Shown: piece by piece, positions 27,111 to 38,070 of the stretch
Numbering within the stretch: position 1 is the stretch's first letter
Layout: each line of letters starts with the position of its first letter
Notes under the pieces: model-generated
What the model was told of the DNA's origin: nothing
What the model saw: the letters and a program-made list of their open reading frames with translations, nothing else
The model's database searches: none
Made by a program: the position numbers and the translations under genes
Source: Hemiscyllium ocellatum
Lineage: Eukaryota
Length of the DNA: 64,000 nt
Direction of reading: 5' to 3'
NCBI RefSeq assembly: GCF_020745735.1
Contig: NC_083449.1
Span: forward strand, 5,306,923-5,370,922

Positions 27111-28559
27111 ATAGCTTTTGGTCCAAAGAAAAGGCCTAAAATTTGGGAAGGTATATAGTGAAAGACGTGAAGGCTGCAAACAGACCTAAATTCAGCCACT
27201 GGCAGGGAAAAGGGATTTGACTAACAAAGAGCAAATGAAGAAAACAGCAATGTTGCAGAAGCCATTAAAGAAAAAAAAACTACTGTTGAAGTACTAATAT
27301 ATGTGTAAAGAGAGAAATAGGTTGGTAAAGAGGACCATATGTCACTTACAACATAAAAAAGGGGAGTTTAAAATGGGCAACAAAAACGTCTCAAAAATCT
27401 CTAAAATAATGTTGTTCTCTGTTCACAAATGTTCACACAACTAACACAGTAGTAATGTTGGGGAGTTTACTGAGAGGGAAAATCAAAACCAAATCGGTAT
27501 TATTTGGGAAATGATGTTGGGACGGTGGGTAGGATTGAAGGTTGGGCATCAATCATCTACGTCACAGAGTAGTACTGGATGCAGTGGTGGTTCCTGATGA
27601 AGGGCTTTTGTCCGAAACATCAATTTTCCTGCTTCTCGGATGCTGCCTGACCTGCTCTGCTTTTCTAGCACCATTCTGATCTAAACTCTGGTTTCCAGCA
27701 CATGCACCCCTCACATTTGACTGAATGCAGTAGTGGTCATGTTCCAAGATTCTATAAGCTCTGCAATAATTTACACAGATTGGGGGCTAGCTAGTGTAAG
27801 CAATCCAATGGAGAAGGGAGGTAGGTATAAAATTGGGAACTATAGACCAGTCAGCCTACAGGGTTAAATCAAAATGAAAGCTTCAATTGCGAAGCATTTG
27901 ACAAAACAGTATTCAGGATCCGATAGAGTCAGCATGAACATGAAGGGCCTGTTCCAGTGCACACTGTTCTGTCTTCTAAACTTGACAAACCGACTAGCCA
28001 TCTTTGAGGATGTAAACAGTAGCGCTGATGAGACTGTAACAGTTACTGAGGAGAAAAACTACAACTAACTCCCTGGACACCGCAGCAAAGGCTGAAAGGA
28101 GAAGAAATTCTATCCTTCCACACTTACATTTGGTGATATTTCTGGCGTGTGACTGTGTGAATGTGAATATTGTGTCAGAGAGACTGTAGGAAAAGGGCGG
28201 ACGGTTAGTGTGATTGTGTGTCCGCGAACATTATGATATTTCTAAGTCTCTCTTGTGAAAATCAAAAACATTTTCAATTCAACTTATTCCCCGGCTCCCC
28301 CACTAGACCCCAAAGGTAGAATCTAAGACAATATATTTGTTGATTTCAAGATTTTAGTCTAAAAGTACCGACAATGTCAGCGCTCAGCTCAAAAAGCTCG
28401 ATCTGTGCGGCAGCAAAATGCGTTTAACTCGACAACGGAGCCGTCTATTCGAGTGAACATTTTCCAGTCGCAAACCTTCCCTTGTCTGGGTCAGGAGCGA
28501 TCGAGCCTGGCCCTCTGGAGATGCGGAATGTCAGAGGAATCGGAGAGTTTAGGCCGTTA

Positions 28560-28640
28560 GAGAAACACAGAGAGGCAGCAGGATCAGGGAGCTGACGGTA
28601 GGTTGTCCCTGCGCCGTCCGCTCGCTGCCTTGAAGTTGCT
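28560..28640 (+). promoter_or_regulatory. H1 promoter region with H1-box
   Basis: AAACACA at 28563-28569, ~150 bp upstream of the ATG. No clean CCAAT or TATA box seen. Confidence 0.55.
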
Positions 28641-28717
28641 CAGTGCCGCCGCCAGCAGCTTCATTGCTGACCCAGTTCAGACTGATCCAGAGAGAGATTC
28701 AGCGCAGAGTTCTCAAC

Positions 28718-29385
28718 ATGAGCGACAGTGCAGCCGCCGAAACAGCTCCTCCACTAAAGCCAAGGCTCCCAAGAAGAAGGTGGCGGCTCCCAGGAAAAGA
28801 ACACCCGGTCCCGGGTTGGGAGAGCTGATTCTGAAGGTTGTTGGGGATATCAAGGATCGCAAAGGGACGTCTCTGTCCGCTGTAAAGAAGGCGCTGGAGA
28901 GAAGCGGGATCGATGTGGAGAAGCGGAAGGTCCAGATTAAGATGAGTATCAGGAGGTGCCTGGCGAACGGCTCCCTTGTTCTGGTCAAGGGCCAGGGCGT
29001 CTCCGGCTCCTTCAAACTCCCTAAGAATCCAGCCAAGGCAAAAGCGGGAAAGAAGGCGGGAACATCAGCGGCCGCCAAGAAACCGGCCGTGAAGAAATCA
29101 CCGGCCAAGAAGGCCACAGCAAAGAAATCCCAGGCCAAGAAAGCGACAGCCAAGAAATCCCCAGCTAAGAAACCGGCCGTGAAGAAATCCCCGGCCAAGA
29201 AAGCGAGCGGCAAGAAGACGGCACCGCCAAAGAAAGCGGTGAGCAAAGCAGCGCCAAAGAAACGGACTCCCGTGAAGAAGGTGAAAAAGACCAAGGGCCC
29301 TAAAGCCCCCAAACCCCTCAGCAAACCGGCTCAAAGCAAGGCCAAGCCCAAAGCAAAAGTGACCAAGACAGCAGCAAAGGAATGA
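28718..29385 (+). pseudogene. H1: Divergent histone H1 with a 1-nt frameshift after codon ~12 (pseudogene or sequencing error)
   Basis: ATG at 28718 gives MSDSAAAETAPP. The globular domain (PGLGELILKVV...KGTSLSAVKKAL...KGQGVSGSFKL) and the K/A/P-rich tail are in the -1 frame. One extra C in cctccact restores a ~222-aa H1. Confidence 0.88.
29074..29223 (+). repeat. Five 30-nt coding repeats in the H1 tail (AKKxxxKKSP-type)
   Basis: gc(c/t)aagaa units start at 29074, 29104, 29134, 29164 and 29194. Confidence 0.85.
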
Positions 29386-29421
29386 ACCCGTCGGTGTAAT
29401 ATATACCCATCTGAACCCAAA

Positions 29422-29462
29422 GGCTCTTATCAGAGCCATCCACATCTCTCGGGGAAGAGCTG
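29422..29462 (+). terminator. H1 stem-loop + HDE
   Basis: cccaaa GGCTCT TATC AGAGCC atcca (29422-29437), HDE ggaagagctg. Confidence 0.92.
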
Positions 29463-30284
29463 AGCCCGGATCCAATGTTCCCCGTCCCGGCGCCGAGCGC
29501 AGACCTACCTTAGGTATTAATAGATCTGAATAACTCAAATACACACTCGTGCCATGGTTTACGAGAGCGGAGACCTGTGAATGGAAACGTGTCACACCGG
29601 GAAGGTTTATTGATCTCCATCTGGTTATTTCACTTCGCGACTTATAATTCTACTGAGTCAGGAATGTGATATATTGTAGTATTTACATTTCATTGACCCG
29701 TTCATGAATGTTACCTTGTTCAGTTTTGATTCTGAGACCCTGCGAATGTTTTCATGGCGTGTTCCTTCCATCTGAAAATGTGTTGCTGGAAAAGCGCGGC
29801 AGGTCAGGCAGCATCCAAGGAGCAGGAGAATCGACGTTTCGGGCATAAGCCCTTCTTCGTTCCTTCCACCCGCCTGTCACAGACAGTTCAGGCAGCAATT
29901 CCACATTGTCTTCGGGCTAATTACAATCTGGAGGTATTAAAAAATAACAGGTAAAGTGAGATTCTGACCTTTTATCAGTGTACACTCTATTAGCTTTTAA
30001 GATGTTTAAATTGGCGGGGTTGTTTAGATTGATTCACGGCCGGTACAACTTCGGTTGTTCAGTTTGTCTGGGCTGTTTTAAACCCCGCCTTTCCTCCTGC
30101 CTGTTACAGACAGATCAGGCAATGGTCCTGCCTCCTGTTCGCGCTGACTCTTAACTAGGTTTTAAATAATTACTACGAAGTATTAAATTTTATCTTAGTT
30201 GCAGTCGGATGGTGTTTTGCGTTTGAATGTTTAATTTAATTTCAGTGTTTGTTTGTGAGGGTGAATTCGGCAGGCATTTTCAAA

Positions 30285-30426
30285 CTGACCAACTATCATT
30301 TCACGTTACCCAATCAGCCTCCAACAATTATTTTCTGTCCCTTCCGGAGCTGTTTCTCTGTGGGCTGAGGGACAGGGCTGTATCCAATCCCAGCTCTAGG
30401 GCGGGCTCTCCGTTCCTTTAAATAGG
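30285..30426 (+). promoter_or_regulatory. H3 promoter
   Basis: CCAAT boxes at ~30310 and ~30384, GC box gggcggg at ~30399, TATA-like tttaaata at ~30417. Confidence 0.75.
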
Positions 30427-30484
30427 CAGCACCGCAGCAGCCTTACCATTGACAGCAGCAGCCTGTGTGTGTTACAGAGAGTAG

Positions 30485-30901
<417 letters not shown>

Positions 30902-30953
30902 ACGGAGCCTGGCCGGCCCTACACATCCACCCCGAGAGAGAGAGAAACACAAC

Positions 30954-30993
30954 GGCTCTTTTCAGAGCCACTAAACCATCCAGAGAGAGCGGG
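30954..30993 (+). terminator. H3 stem-loop + HDE
   Basis: GGCTCT TTTC AGAGCC at 30954-30969; purine-rich gagagagcgg downstream. Confidence 0.93.
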
Positions 30994-31254
30994 AAGCGAT
31001 GGGTTGCATTACTGTTATAATTATATATTTATGAAGTAAACGGGGATTGAGTTTAATATTGATTTTGGAGTCCGTCAGCGACAATCAAGATACAGCGACC
31101 TAGGTCTTCGGTGATCGTAGAATTTATTATAATATGATATCAGATATTTGAAATTTTGCTACACGATTAGGAATTGCCCGAACAAAAGCCCTGTCTCCTC
31201 ATTGTTTACCGTGGTGGTAAACATGGCTTGTGTTTGTGGAGAAGGCGCGGGAGG

Positions 31255-31306
31255 TTTGGCGCCAAGAGATCAACCGCTTTTATTTCGAATTGAAAAAGCC
31301 CGCCAA
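31255..31306 (+). promoter_or_regulatory. Composite E2F/MYB/CHR-like element, copy C
   Basis: tttggcgccaa-gagat-caaccg-ctttta-tttcgaattgaaaaa-g-cccgccaa. Confidence 0.55.
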
Positions 31307-31662
31307 CATGCCAGAGGAGAATGCGTGAATTCTTATTCGGTGGTTTGTTTTTTCCATTACAAAAATATAGTCCAAACAATCATACCTTACTCCCTTTCCT
31401 AATTTGCATCTGCAAAAAAAGTCATCAGTGAGTCAATTTTCCGAGACAGTCTTTTTTATTCCGAGAGCGAAAGCGAGCATATTAAATACCAGTGAGTAAT
31501 GCATAGCTGGGGAGTTATTCCCATTCAGCGGCAATGAAAAGAATACATACTGCAATGTAATTTGTACATCATATATTAAGGTAGTCGAGTATTCCGGATT
31601 AAATACCATCTCTCCGAATTGTCTCCCTTGGAGTTCCCACCAGCTGTAACTATATGTTCATT

Positions 31663-31870
31663 GTTAAAAATCACACAACATCAGGTTATAGTCCAACAGG
31701 TTTAATTGGAAGCACTAACTTTCGGACCGACGCCCCTTCATCAGGTGGTTGTCATGAAGGAGCGGCGCTCCGAAAGCTAGTGCTTTCAATTAAACCTGTT
31801 GGACTATATCCTGGTGTTGTGTGATTTTGAACTTTGTACACCCCAGTCCAACACCGGCATCTCCAGATCA
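31663..31870. mobile_element. PLE-terminus-derived foldback element
   Basis: ~80-bp inverted arms (gttaaaaatcacacaaca... / ...tgttgtgtgattttgaac) with a tcattg duplication; same sequence as the PLE end at 44370-44458. Confidence 0.75.
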
Positions 31871-31884
31871 TTGCTGAGAAGGCA

Positions 31885-31930
31885 GGCGGGAAATCATCAA
31901 CCGTTTTCCTTCAGATTTGGACATCCCGCC
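31885..31930 (+). promoter_or_regulatory. Composite E2F/MYB/CHR-like element, copy D (decayed CHR part)
   Basis: ggcgggaaa-tcat-caaccg-ttttcc-ttcagatttgga-cat-cccgcc. Confidence 0.45.
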
Positions 31931-32581
31931 GAGACGTAGATTAGGGAAGGGAGTTTTATAGAAAATAATGTTTTCGTACTTCATCGTTAATTTGCTTTTA
32001 GATTATAAAAGTACAGCTCACACAGTCTCTCTTTAGGAGAAGTGAACATATGAGTTATTTGAAGGATTCGAGATGCTCTTTGGAGGGGAGGTTCAGACTC
32101 GATGGGCCGAATGCCTTCATTCAGCCCTGTCAGGATTTCATGAACATCCTTCGCCGTGAGCGCATTAATAACAAACACTGCTTTTAGGTATTATTTTAAT
32201 ATCGTGCTCTGTTATTGCAAAAGCTGCACATTAAATATTCCAGTCCGGCAACTATTCTGGTTTGATCTCGGTTCATTTTGAAGGCTTCTAACCGAAGCAG
32301 AAAGCCCCATTTACAACATTCTGCAACCCAACAGAACCTCGCGGAGTTTTGTAAGTTGAGAAATCAGTGTGTACTGGATCTACCCGTGGGTCTGTAAGAA
32401 AAGGGGAACTTACTTTGTTTCCCCCAATGATGAAACTCAGGGCTTACACCCGAACCGGAGCTTGTAGCGCCCGGAATAATCAAATAGGGAGTAACTTGAG
32501 CAAATAGCAGCAAACAGAAAGAAGATTCACTGATGTTTAATATGTTCCCAAGAGAGGGCACGATCTCTTCTCTCGAAGCCA

Positions 32582-32628
32582 ACGCCAAATCATCAACCGC
32601 TTTCTTTCCAATTTGAAAAGCCCGCCGA
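32582..32628 (+). promoter_or_regulatory. Composite E2F/MYB/CHR-like element, copy E
   Basis: acgccaaa-tcat-caaccg-ctttc-tttccaatttgaaaa-g-cccgcc, followed by a paralog of the H2A upstream spacer. Confidence 0.5.
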
Positions 32629-33129
32629 TTCACAAATAACGAAGTATGCTTTGCATAAAAGAATGATGTATAAGAAAGGAAGACGTTGTTCAGGGGAGAA
32701 ATCACCAATATCTGTTAATTAGGTTACAAATGTATACTTCAGACAATCTTTCTCTCTCATTCATTTGCCGAACCGCATCTGTTTTTTCTACCCTATTTAA
32801 AAATCTTTCCTGAACCTGAAGAACTGGCAGAAACAAAAACAAGCGCCAAGGACTGCAATTAATCTCTTTATTTCACATTTCAAAAGCACCCCGATATGTT
32901 AATTAAACATCTCATACTTTCACGGAATAAACCGCAGTCATGGAGAATATTAGTGGCTGCCAATGAATTAAGCCATATTGGAACGCAAGAGTAGAAAGTG
33001 GTTAGTACAGATTAAAGACTTTACCTCTCACTGTCACACAGCAGAATCTGACTAAACTGGTCTCACATATTCACATTGCAGACGCTGGCAGGGAGAGAAT
33101 GGTAGTTACACTTATACTCTCATTGCTCA

Positions 33130-33855
33130 AAACAGGACAGGACTTACACAGTTAATGGTAGGACCCTGGCGAGTATTGCCAAATAATAAGACCTACAAGT
33201 GCAAATGAATAGCTGATTGAAAGTGGAGTGGCAGGTATAACAGATTGTGGCAAAAAAGGTGTTTGTCATGCTTGCCTTCTTTGGTAAGCATATCGAGTTT
33301 AGGAGCTGGGATATCGTGTTAGGCCTGCACATGACATGGCTAGGGCACTTTTAGCGGACTGCATACAATTCTGGTCAAGCGGCTATTGGAAAAATGTTGT
33401 TCGTCTTAAGAGGGTGCAAACAATATTGACAGATATGTTACCAGGACGAGAGGGTTTGAACTATCAGGAGAGGCTGAATACGCTGGGGCCTTTTTTTTCC
33501 TGTGGAGGATCGGAAGCTGAGGGTGATTTTTATAGCTGTTTATAAAATCATGAGGGGCATTGATAGAATGAAAAGACAAGGTCTTTCTCCTCGAGTGGGG
33601 GAGCATAAGAGGGAATAGGTTTACGGTGAGAGGGCAAAGGTTTAAAATGACCTAAGGGACAACCTTTCATACAGGGGGTGATGTCCGTATGGAATGAGCT
33701 TCCAGAGGTAGTGATGAAGGTTGGGAACAATTACAACATTTAAAAGTAAATGAACAGGAAGGATATGAAGGGATATGTGCCAAATGCTAGCAAATGAGAT
33801 TTGGTCAGTTTAGGGTATCTGCTCAGAGTGGAGCAGTTGGATCAAAGGCTGTATG
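33130..33855 (+). mobile_element. CR1 3' fragment
   Basis: CIQFWSSGYWKNVVRLKRVQ...LNYQERLNTLG remnants. Confidence 0.85.
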
Positions 33856-34654
33856 ATAAATAGATTCTCACATACACACTACAAAAGCTTGACATGTGGT
33901 GTATGATAAATGCAATTACACAGTAATAAACCAGAGGCTGACAGGTACAGATTAATAACTACACTCTGAGATACGCAGAGCAAAAGCTGACACTATATTC
34001 CTGATGAAAGGCTTTTGCCCGAAACATCGATTTTCGTGCTCTGATGCTGCCTGACCTGTTGTGCTTTTCCAGCACCACTCTAAACTAGACACAGATATAC
34101 TCATACAGCACAGAAAAGCCCTTCAGCCATCGAGTTTGCACCCACAATAGCTACCACTGAAGGGGTGCTGATTTCCTGCACTTGTCCCATATCCTTAAGT
34201 ATTATGACAATTGAAGTGCTCATCCAAACATCTTTTAAAGGTTAAGGCCTCTACTTGCTCCCCAGGCAGTGTCTTCCAGATTCCCACCAATTGCTGAGTG
34301 AAAAAGATTTTTCTGAAATTCCCTCTATATCTTTACCCCTTACACTCCATCATAGTGAGAATCCTTATCCTAACCAAATCCTAACCCAATCACCATTTTT
34401 GATTGATCGCTCAAACACGGGAAACTGCTTCTCTTTATTCACCCTGTCCATACACCTCATAACCTTTTACACCAAAATCATGAGCCCCCATTCAGTCATC
34501 TCTGCTCGAGAGAAAACAATCCAAGCTGATTTAGTCTCTCCTTTTGTTTTGGAAGTAATATTTGTGCTATGATCCTAATCCCCAACACTGGGTCTGGGTT
34601 CAGTACTGCTGTTTTCACTGTCGGTTTAATGTGAATGATTTATTCTTGCATCCT

Positions 34655-35100
34655 GAAGCTGTGCATGCGCGATACTGCGCCTTCCCCAAAGCTGACCGGT
34701 TGTGACTAGAGGAGCGCATGCGTGAGACCCTCCCCCAGCGCTGCCATTGAGGAGCATTTACTCAGTGAGTGCAAGAGGTTTGTTTGAAACAGACCGCAAT
34801 GGAGAGATCAGCGCCCAGGGAAGCGAGGGAACAGCAGGCTCCTTCCAGCAGCACATCGGGATGGGAGCCTGGGACACAGAGGGGGCTCCGAGACCGGGAT
34901 TGATTCGGGGTGAGTTCAGGGAGAACCGGGGGCTGTTTGTAAGAGGCCGAGCGGAGCAGGAACTGGTCCCGGAACTTGGAGTGAGCGGGCTGGGGGGAAG
35001 AGAGAGGCCTTTCTCGGGCTGTGTGTGGGCCTGCTGAGGGAGGCAGAGCGGGAAGAAGCTACTGTGGGACATTCTTGTGGTTCTTCATTCCCTAAACACT
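34655..35100 (+). promoter_or_regulatory. GC-rich promoter/first-exon core, copy 3
   Basis: gcgcatgcgt 34714-34723 (second partial site ~34662), GCCATT 34743-34748, CA|GTGAGT 34765-34770. Confidence 0.65.
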
Positions 35101-35569
35101 GATAGAATTAATTGTTTGGCTTCTATTTCACTTGTTTGTTGATGTTGGGCAGTGAAGAATGGAAGCACAGACCATAATTTTGTGACAATCTTGTAAAGAA
35201 CACGTAGTAGAGTGAACAGATTTGAAGTTTCGAGTAAAACATTAGACATAGTGTCCCTTGTTCTTTCCTTCAACATTTAGTGTATTGGCAGCTTGCTATT
35301 GATATATGTCAGCATTGCAGCTGCTTCAGGAATTCCCATTCATGGAGGTGTACAGATGTTAGTTCTGGATCTCACTCAATTGTCACAAAGTTGCAAACAG
35401 AAGAAAAGAAGACGAGGAGCAACTCAGGGCAAGCGTGGAATCAAAACCTGTTCTGTTTGAATTGCTAGGTTTAAAAATGCCCTAATGATTATTAACTGAC
35501 TGCCACACTGATCAGTTTAATCTTGCCTAACGTTGATTTAAGGCTGAAAAATCTTCTTTCTTCCTCCAA

Positions 35570-35644
35570 GCAAATGAATGCTGAAGACAATGTCATATTT
35601 TCTCAGTACAATGCTAAGTGTGACCAGTTGCTTCTAACAAACAG
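35570..35644 (+). ncRNA. Exon-like module copy 4 (donor lost)
   Basis: Clearly homologous body; acceptor altered (ttcctccaag) and the donor GT deleted (acagcatgtt). Confidence 0.45.
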
Positions 35645-37149
35645 CATGTTACCACTGTCAAAGCAGAGCGCATCTTTTCCACAGGCTCAGAACAGGTTGG
35701 ATCAGACTTAGCTTGAGAGCTATTTGCAGAGATATATCCAAACAAACAGTCAGACACAACTGCAGAAAGACAGCTTATTTTCCTCTGCATTCTCCACAGA
35801 CATCTTGCAAGTTTCAATTAATATGATTCATGGGCCATTAACATTCACACCAAGCTTGACTGGTTGTCTAAAGTAGGCAATGGTGTACTAAATCAAGTTC
35901 ACATTTAATAGGGCATTTAAATGTCACAAACCAGATAAACAATGACATCGTGCTTTTACGTAGTATCAACAGCCATATGTGACAAGTAGTGAATCATTAC
36001 TGAGCACAAACACACATACACAAAAGGTACAGACTGATTCAGATTGAGTTGCAAATACACTTACCATATCAACACACAAGGTGCAGAGACGAACAGCAAT
36101 GGACATACATATACACTGCAGCCAACACTTCATTTCAATAAATGTGTCATGGCAGCAGAAGAGATGCCAAAATAATTGTCAACATATTCACCTTGCTGGA
36201 ATAGAATCTGAATTTTCATTCTGCCCAGTATTAATTTTTTAATTAAAAAGTTGTGAAACTTTGTCTCCAAATTCACTTTAATTCTCCACAAAGAATTCCA
36301 TTTGTCCCACCTGATGAAATATTAAATAAAGCAAGAAAATACAATGTCAAATCCTCAATTTAGCAATATAATCAAATAATCACCTTTTTAATTCAACAAA
36401 GAAATTTAGACAAGTCTTGTAATTTGTAAATTCTCACTTTTTTTTGCAAGAAAAGGTCAACCACGTTCAATAAATTGTCTGAGTGATTTAAATCTTCTCC
36501 ACTGTATGACAAAAATACAAGTCATTTCATTTTCCTCATTCCCACCATACAGCGTCAGGAGAGTACTGCTAATGGCTTGCACCGTCACACCGTCAGGCTT
36601 ATGTAATACTCACAATAGAATGTTGAAATGAACTAGCCAATTCTCTTTCCCATAGCAGGAACATCATGGTCAGTTGGCTAAAATACAACTTGTATGTTCA
36701 TTCCCCTTTCCTTTCGACACTAACAAAGGAATGTAACACCAATTCATTTCTCAGCATTATTCACAAAAATATGTAGCTATGCACTGAGAAAATCTGATGG
36801 TATCTTGAAGAACAGGCCATGATATTATTCCTCACAATCAGAGCCTGCACTATAGGATTTGAAAAACCCTTTGACTTTCTATTATACAATCCATGACACA
36901 CTGAGCAGAAACTGACAGGTACAGATTGTATTCCCACAGTAGAAATTGACAGGCATAGATTGATAACTAAATTCACACAGTCACAAAGGAGAAGCTGCCA
37001 TGTACAAATTAATGACTGTGCTAATACATTCACAGAGCAGTCAGATTGGTAGCTATATTCTGATGTTCATATTGCAGTAAAGTGTATGTACAGTTTGCTA
37101 ATTGCATGCTCTAACACATATAGCAGAAATCGACAGGGAGAAATTCAGA

Positions 37150-37345
37150 ACTGACAACCGGAAGCAGCAGAGACAAACCACTATAAGTGCTGGAGGAAAC
37201 ATCACAGAAGCGCTTCACAGGCGGCTCCCAAGCACCAAGGATGTCACCTAGGCAGGGGATGAAACGTCTGCAACACAAATTCCTGGCTTGGTGAACAGAA
37301 CCACAACACCGAGCACCTGAGCTACAAATCTTCTCACAAACTTTG
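37150..37345 (+). mobile_element. PLE 3' terminal fragment inserted in the array
   Basis: ggatgtcacctaggcaggggatgaaacgtctg resembles the PLE end/hammerhead remnant at ~1330-1365. Confidence 0.55.
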
Positions 37346-38045
37346 ACCACGTTTTCAAATTCACATTGCAGAAAATGATGGGTTTGATTTAATGAATATA
37401 TTTGCCTTTTTACAAGCAGAAACATTCAGGGATATATTAATAATTGCATTCATACATTCACACATCTGAAACTGACAGGTACAAATCAAAAACTAAACTC
37501 ATTTTCTGTCACAGAAACTGAGACACATAGATTGATACTCACATTCATACATTCAGATAGCAGAAACTGAAAGGCACAGATGGATAGCTGCACTCACTTA
37601 GTGGAAACCGACAAGCACTTTCCCACAGCATATCCTAACAGGTAAAGATTTATAACTACACTTTCAAATTCAGAGGGAAAAACACGCTGTCATGTACAGT
37701 TTGGTAATGATACTCAAAAATAACAGAGCAGAATCTCACAGGTACATATTGGTAACTACGCTCTCTCATTGACCTCGCAGAAATTGACACATACAGATTG
37801 ATAATTACACACATACTCACAGCGCAAACTGGCAAGAACAGGTTGACAACTACCCTCATTCGTTCACGTAGCCGAAACAAACAGGTACAGATGATAACCA
37901 CTACTTACATATTCACAGAACAGAATGTCACAGTCATAAATTGATAACTGGACTCAAACATTTACATTACAGAAACTGACACACATTTTGATAAAGGCAT
38001 TCAGACATTACCAAATCAGAAACTTACAGCTACATGTTCATATCA

Positions 38046-38070
38046 ACACACACACACACACACACACACA
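38046..38070. repeat. (CA)n microsatellite
   Basis: About 12 perfect CA units. Confidence 0.95.

Noticed and set aside
34747-35072. 90-117 aa ORFs recurring on both strands of the four GC-rich cores (SARGLFETDRNGE... / SSFFPLCLPQQ...)
   Set aside because: They mostly start at non-ATG codons, are open on both strands as expected for GC-rich DNA, are frameshifted in copy 1 and have no recognisable domain. Recurrence reflects DNA identity only.
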